From: an uncultured Haloferula sp.
GTDB lineage: Bacteria > Verrucomicrobiota > Verrucomicrobiia > Verrucomicrobiales > Akkermansiaceae
DNA: 64,000 bases
NCBI GenBank assembly: GCA_965652295.1
Contig: CBFGTS010000006.1
Coordinates: 96,001-160,000, forward strand
Direction of reading: 5' to 3'
Made by a program: the position numbers and the translations under genes. Within the stretch, counting starts at the first letter, position 1. Each line of letters starts with the position of its first letter. A model generated the notes under the pieces. That model did not search any database and had not been told where the DNA came from. It worked only from the letters and a program-made list of their open reading frames with translations. Below, one piece after another: positions 61,659-64,000 of this stretch.

Positions 61659-62330
61659 TCACAGCCATCCCGCCACCTCGAAAGCCCGCCGCGCCCGCTC
61701 CCGGGCATGCTCGCGCAGCGGCTCGCCGTGACCCACCACGACCTGCTCGAACTCCCATTCCATCACCCGCCGCACCGATTTCCGGAGCGCCTCCTCATCC
61801 TGCACGGCGAACCTCATCCGCCGCGAGGTGCCCGGAGCGTGTTCTTTTCCCAGACCCACGCGCAGCAGGCACTGCTTCCAGAGGCCCGTGGCCGCAGGGA
61901 AATTCATCAGCAGGTCGCACACGATCAAGGTCCGGCTGGGCAGGTGAAAAAAGACGTGCTCGCCGAACCCCGGTGCGCCTTCGATCGGTAGCACCTCGAT
62001 CTCGTCCCGCCATTCCTCCGGCGGCGGCATCAGCGGCAGCACCGGGCGACCGATCCCGGGAAAACCCTCCGGGGCGAGGTAGCTCGCCTCGGGAAAGGCG
62101 GCGGCCCCCGCAGCCGCGAAGGTATCGTGATCGATCATCGGATCAGTGATCCACGCCGGTTCGCCCAACGCCCGGATCTGCGCCACGTCATCCGCGGGAA
62201 AATCCGCCGTCGAATGAATGAGCAGCTTGCCCGAGGTCAGCCGGATCACCGTAACGTTGCGATGAATGTCCACCCCGAGGAGGGGAAATTTGAAGGGAAG
62301 ATACCAGATGCCGGAACCGATCGCTTTCAT
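61659..62330 (-). CDS. Hypothetical protein, DUF4336 / metallo-beta-lactamase-like
   Basis: VTVIRLTSGKLLIHS, PMIDHD, EHVFFHLPSRTLIVCDL, WEFEQVVVGHG. Confidence 0.75.
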   Translation of the reverse strand: MKAIGSGIWYLPFKFPLLGVDIHRNVTVIRLTSGKLLIHSTADFPADDVAQIRALGEPAWITDPMIDHDTFAAAGAAAFPEASYLAPEGFPGIGRPVLPLMPPPEEWRDEIEVLPIEGAPGFGEHVFFHLPSRTLIVCDLLMNFPAATGLWKQCLLRVGLGKEHAPGTSRRMRFAVQDEEALRKSVRRVMEWEFEQVVVGHGEPLREHARERARRAFEVAGWL

Positions 62331-62531
62331 GGGAGACGTCACGCCTCCACCAAAACGCCCCGTCTTTCCAACGAAATCAGCGCGGCCTCGGGGAAGTCCG
62401 ACTCTGCCGCGGGAGATCGCTACCCGGCTGCCGGGTTTTCGTGTCACCGGCCGAGGTTTCTCATTCACCCCGAATGGGGAGGTTGCCAAGGTGGTCAAGA
62501 AGCCGGGAGAGTCCCGCGCGCAAATGTCCTT

Positions 62532-63560
62532 ATGAAAGTTTCTTCCTCGTTCTTCACCGTCGGCCTCCTGACCGGTCTGCTGGCCGCGTGCCTGGCATTT
62601 GCCTGGATCGGCCGCCGCGGCGAAACCGGCACCGCCTCGGGGGGCCGCGTCCTCACCGTCGCCCACGCCCTGCCCGTGACCCACCCGGTCCACAAAGGCA
62701 TCGAGAATTTCGGCGATGAGCTGAAGAAACTCTCCAACGGCGCCCTCACCATCGAGATCTTCCCCAGCGAACAGCTTGGCAACGAGACCGAGTGTCTGGA
62801 GAAAGTCCAACAGGGCACCATCGACATCACCAAGACCAGCGCCGCGCCGATCGGCAACTTCGTCCCCGTCTTCAAACTCTTCAGCCTGCCTTATCTGTTC
62901 CGCGACCGCGACCACTTGTGGCGCGCGCTCGACGGCCAGGTCGGCCAGGATTTGCTCACCGCCCTCTCCACCAACGACCAAGGCTCGCCGAGCGGCCTCA
63001 TCGGCCTCGGCTACTACGACGCCGGCAGTCGCAGCTTTTACACCACCCGCCCGGTCACCTCGCCCGCCGACCTCCAGGGTCTCAAGATCCGCGTGATGCA
63101 GGATCCGGTGGCCGAGGACACCGTCAAGGCCATGGGGGCCTCCGCCGTCGCCATGGCATTCGGGGAACTCTACACTTCGCTGAAACAGGGCGGCGTGGAC
63201 GGCGCGGAAAACAACCCGCCCAGCTTCCTTTCCAGCCGCCACTTCGAGGTGTGCAAGCACTACATCCTCGACGCGCATTCCAGCATTCCAGACGTCCTCG
63301 TCGCCAGCGCCAAGCTCTGGGATGGTCTCAACGAAACCGAGCGCGGGTGGGTGCTGGAAGCCATGAAACGCTCGAGCCAGTTCCAGCGCGAACTCTGGGC
63401 GGTCGAGACCGAGCGCGCCCTCAAGGAGCTGGCGGAAGGCGGTGTGACCATTGTCGAGCCCGACCCCGAGCCGTTCCGTCAGGCGGCCGAACCTGTCACC
63501 GAAAAATACGCCACCGGAGCCCGGGCGGAAATGGTCAACCGGATCAAGGAGGTCAAATGA
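62532..63560 (+). CDS. TRAP transporter substrate-binding protein (DctP family)
   Basis: HPVHKG, IFPSEQLG, LPYLF, GSRSF, DLQGLKIRV, GELYTSLKQGGVDGAEN. Confidence 0.94.
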   Translation: MKVSSSFFTVGLLTGLLAACLAFAWIGRRGETGTASGGRVLTVAHALPVTHPVHKGIENFGDELKKLSNGALTIEIFPSEQLGNETECLEKVQQGTIDITKTSAAPIGNFVPVFKLFSLPYLFRDRDHLWRALDGQVGQDLLTALSTNDQGSPSGLIGLGYYDAGSRSFYTTRPVTSPADLQGLKIRVMQDPVAEDTVKAMGASAVAMAFGELYTSLKQGGVDGAENNPPSFLSSRHFEVCKHYILDAHSSIPDVLVASAKLWDGLNETERGWVLEAMKRSSQFQRELWAVETERALKELAEGGVTIVEPDPEPFRQAAEPVTEKYATGARAEMVNRIKEVK

Positions 63561-64000
63561 GCCGTCACGGAACCTTCCACCACATCCTCGTGCGAACCCT
63601 CGGCGGCCTCTGTGCCCTGATGTTCGCCGCTCTGGTGCTCGACGTCCTGTGGGGCGTCTTCACCCGCCAGATCCTCAACGCCCAGCCCGCCTGGACCGAG
63701 GAACTCGCGCGCTTCCTGCTCGTCTGGCTTTCCATCCTCGGCGGCGTGCTGGCCTATGCCGATGACCGACACCTCGGCGTCGATGTCCTCGTCGCCCGCC
63801 TCGACCCCGGAGCCCGGAAGATCGCCCTGCTGGTCTCCCACCTCTGCGTGCTCGGGTTTTCGCTGGCGGTGCTGGTGATCGGCGGCAGTGAGCTCTTCCA
63901 CAGCCGCTGGGAGGCCGGCCAGATGATGTCCGCCCTGCACATCCGCAAGGCCTGGTTCTACCTCGTGCTGCCCCTCGGAGGCTCGCTGATCACCCTGCTC
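63557..64000 (+). CDS. TRAP small permease (DctQ family), truncated by the window end
   Basis: ATG overlaps the dctP stop. My translation gives WGVFTRQIL...WTEELARFLLVWLSILGG...HLGVD. Confidence 0.9.
   Translation, partial: MSRHGTFHHILVRTLGGLCALMFAALVLDVLWGVFTRQILNAQPAWTEELARFLLVWLSILGGVLAYADDRHLGVDVLVARLDPGARKIALLVSHLCVLGFSLAVLVIGGSELFHSRWEAGQMMSALHIRKAWFYLVLPLGGSLITLL

Overview
GC-rich bacterial chromosome segment. PEP-CTERM proteins, an ECF sigma/Ser-Thr kinase pair and the gene styles suggest Verrucomicrobiota (inference). Housekeeping content: tRNA-Arg(UCU), mazG, a rhomboid protease, lysA, dxr-cdsA, serA, a carboxyltransferase, radC, two peptide ABC systems and a TRAP transporter. Accessory modules: (1) two similarly built nitrogen-scavenging loci, cyanate ABC + cyanase and Urt-type ABC + formamidase/FmdB. 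Each has a divergent LysR gene, back-to-back sigma54 (-24/-12) motifs, a shared TGAA-N5-TTCA box and a signal-less NrtA/NasS-like protein. (2) A Tyr/Asp-rich PEP-CTERM protein coupled to an AlkP-TPR-sulfotransferase fusion, a candidate surface-protein modification system. (3) A glycan-use locus (secreted protein, PEP-CTERM protein, multidomain GH31) with an identical twin promoter motif, TGGCGG-N15-TCCGCATG, next to an ECF sigma and kinase. (4) A frameshifted nucleotidyltransferase with a small partner gene. Also present: GTAG-type REP doublets, a RAYT-like HUH transposase, other small repeats, an fmdB with an ATT start and a signal peptidase lacking its catalytic Lys. No CRISPR array, rRNA or prophage was seen. 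All calls come from reading motifs by eye; no database searches were run.
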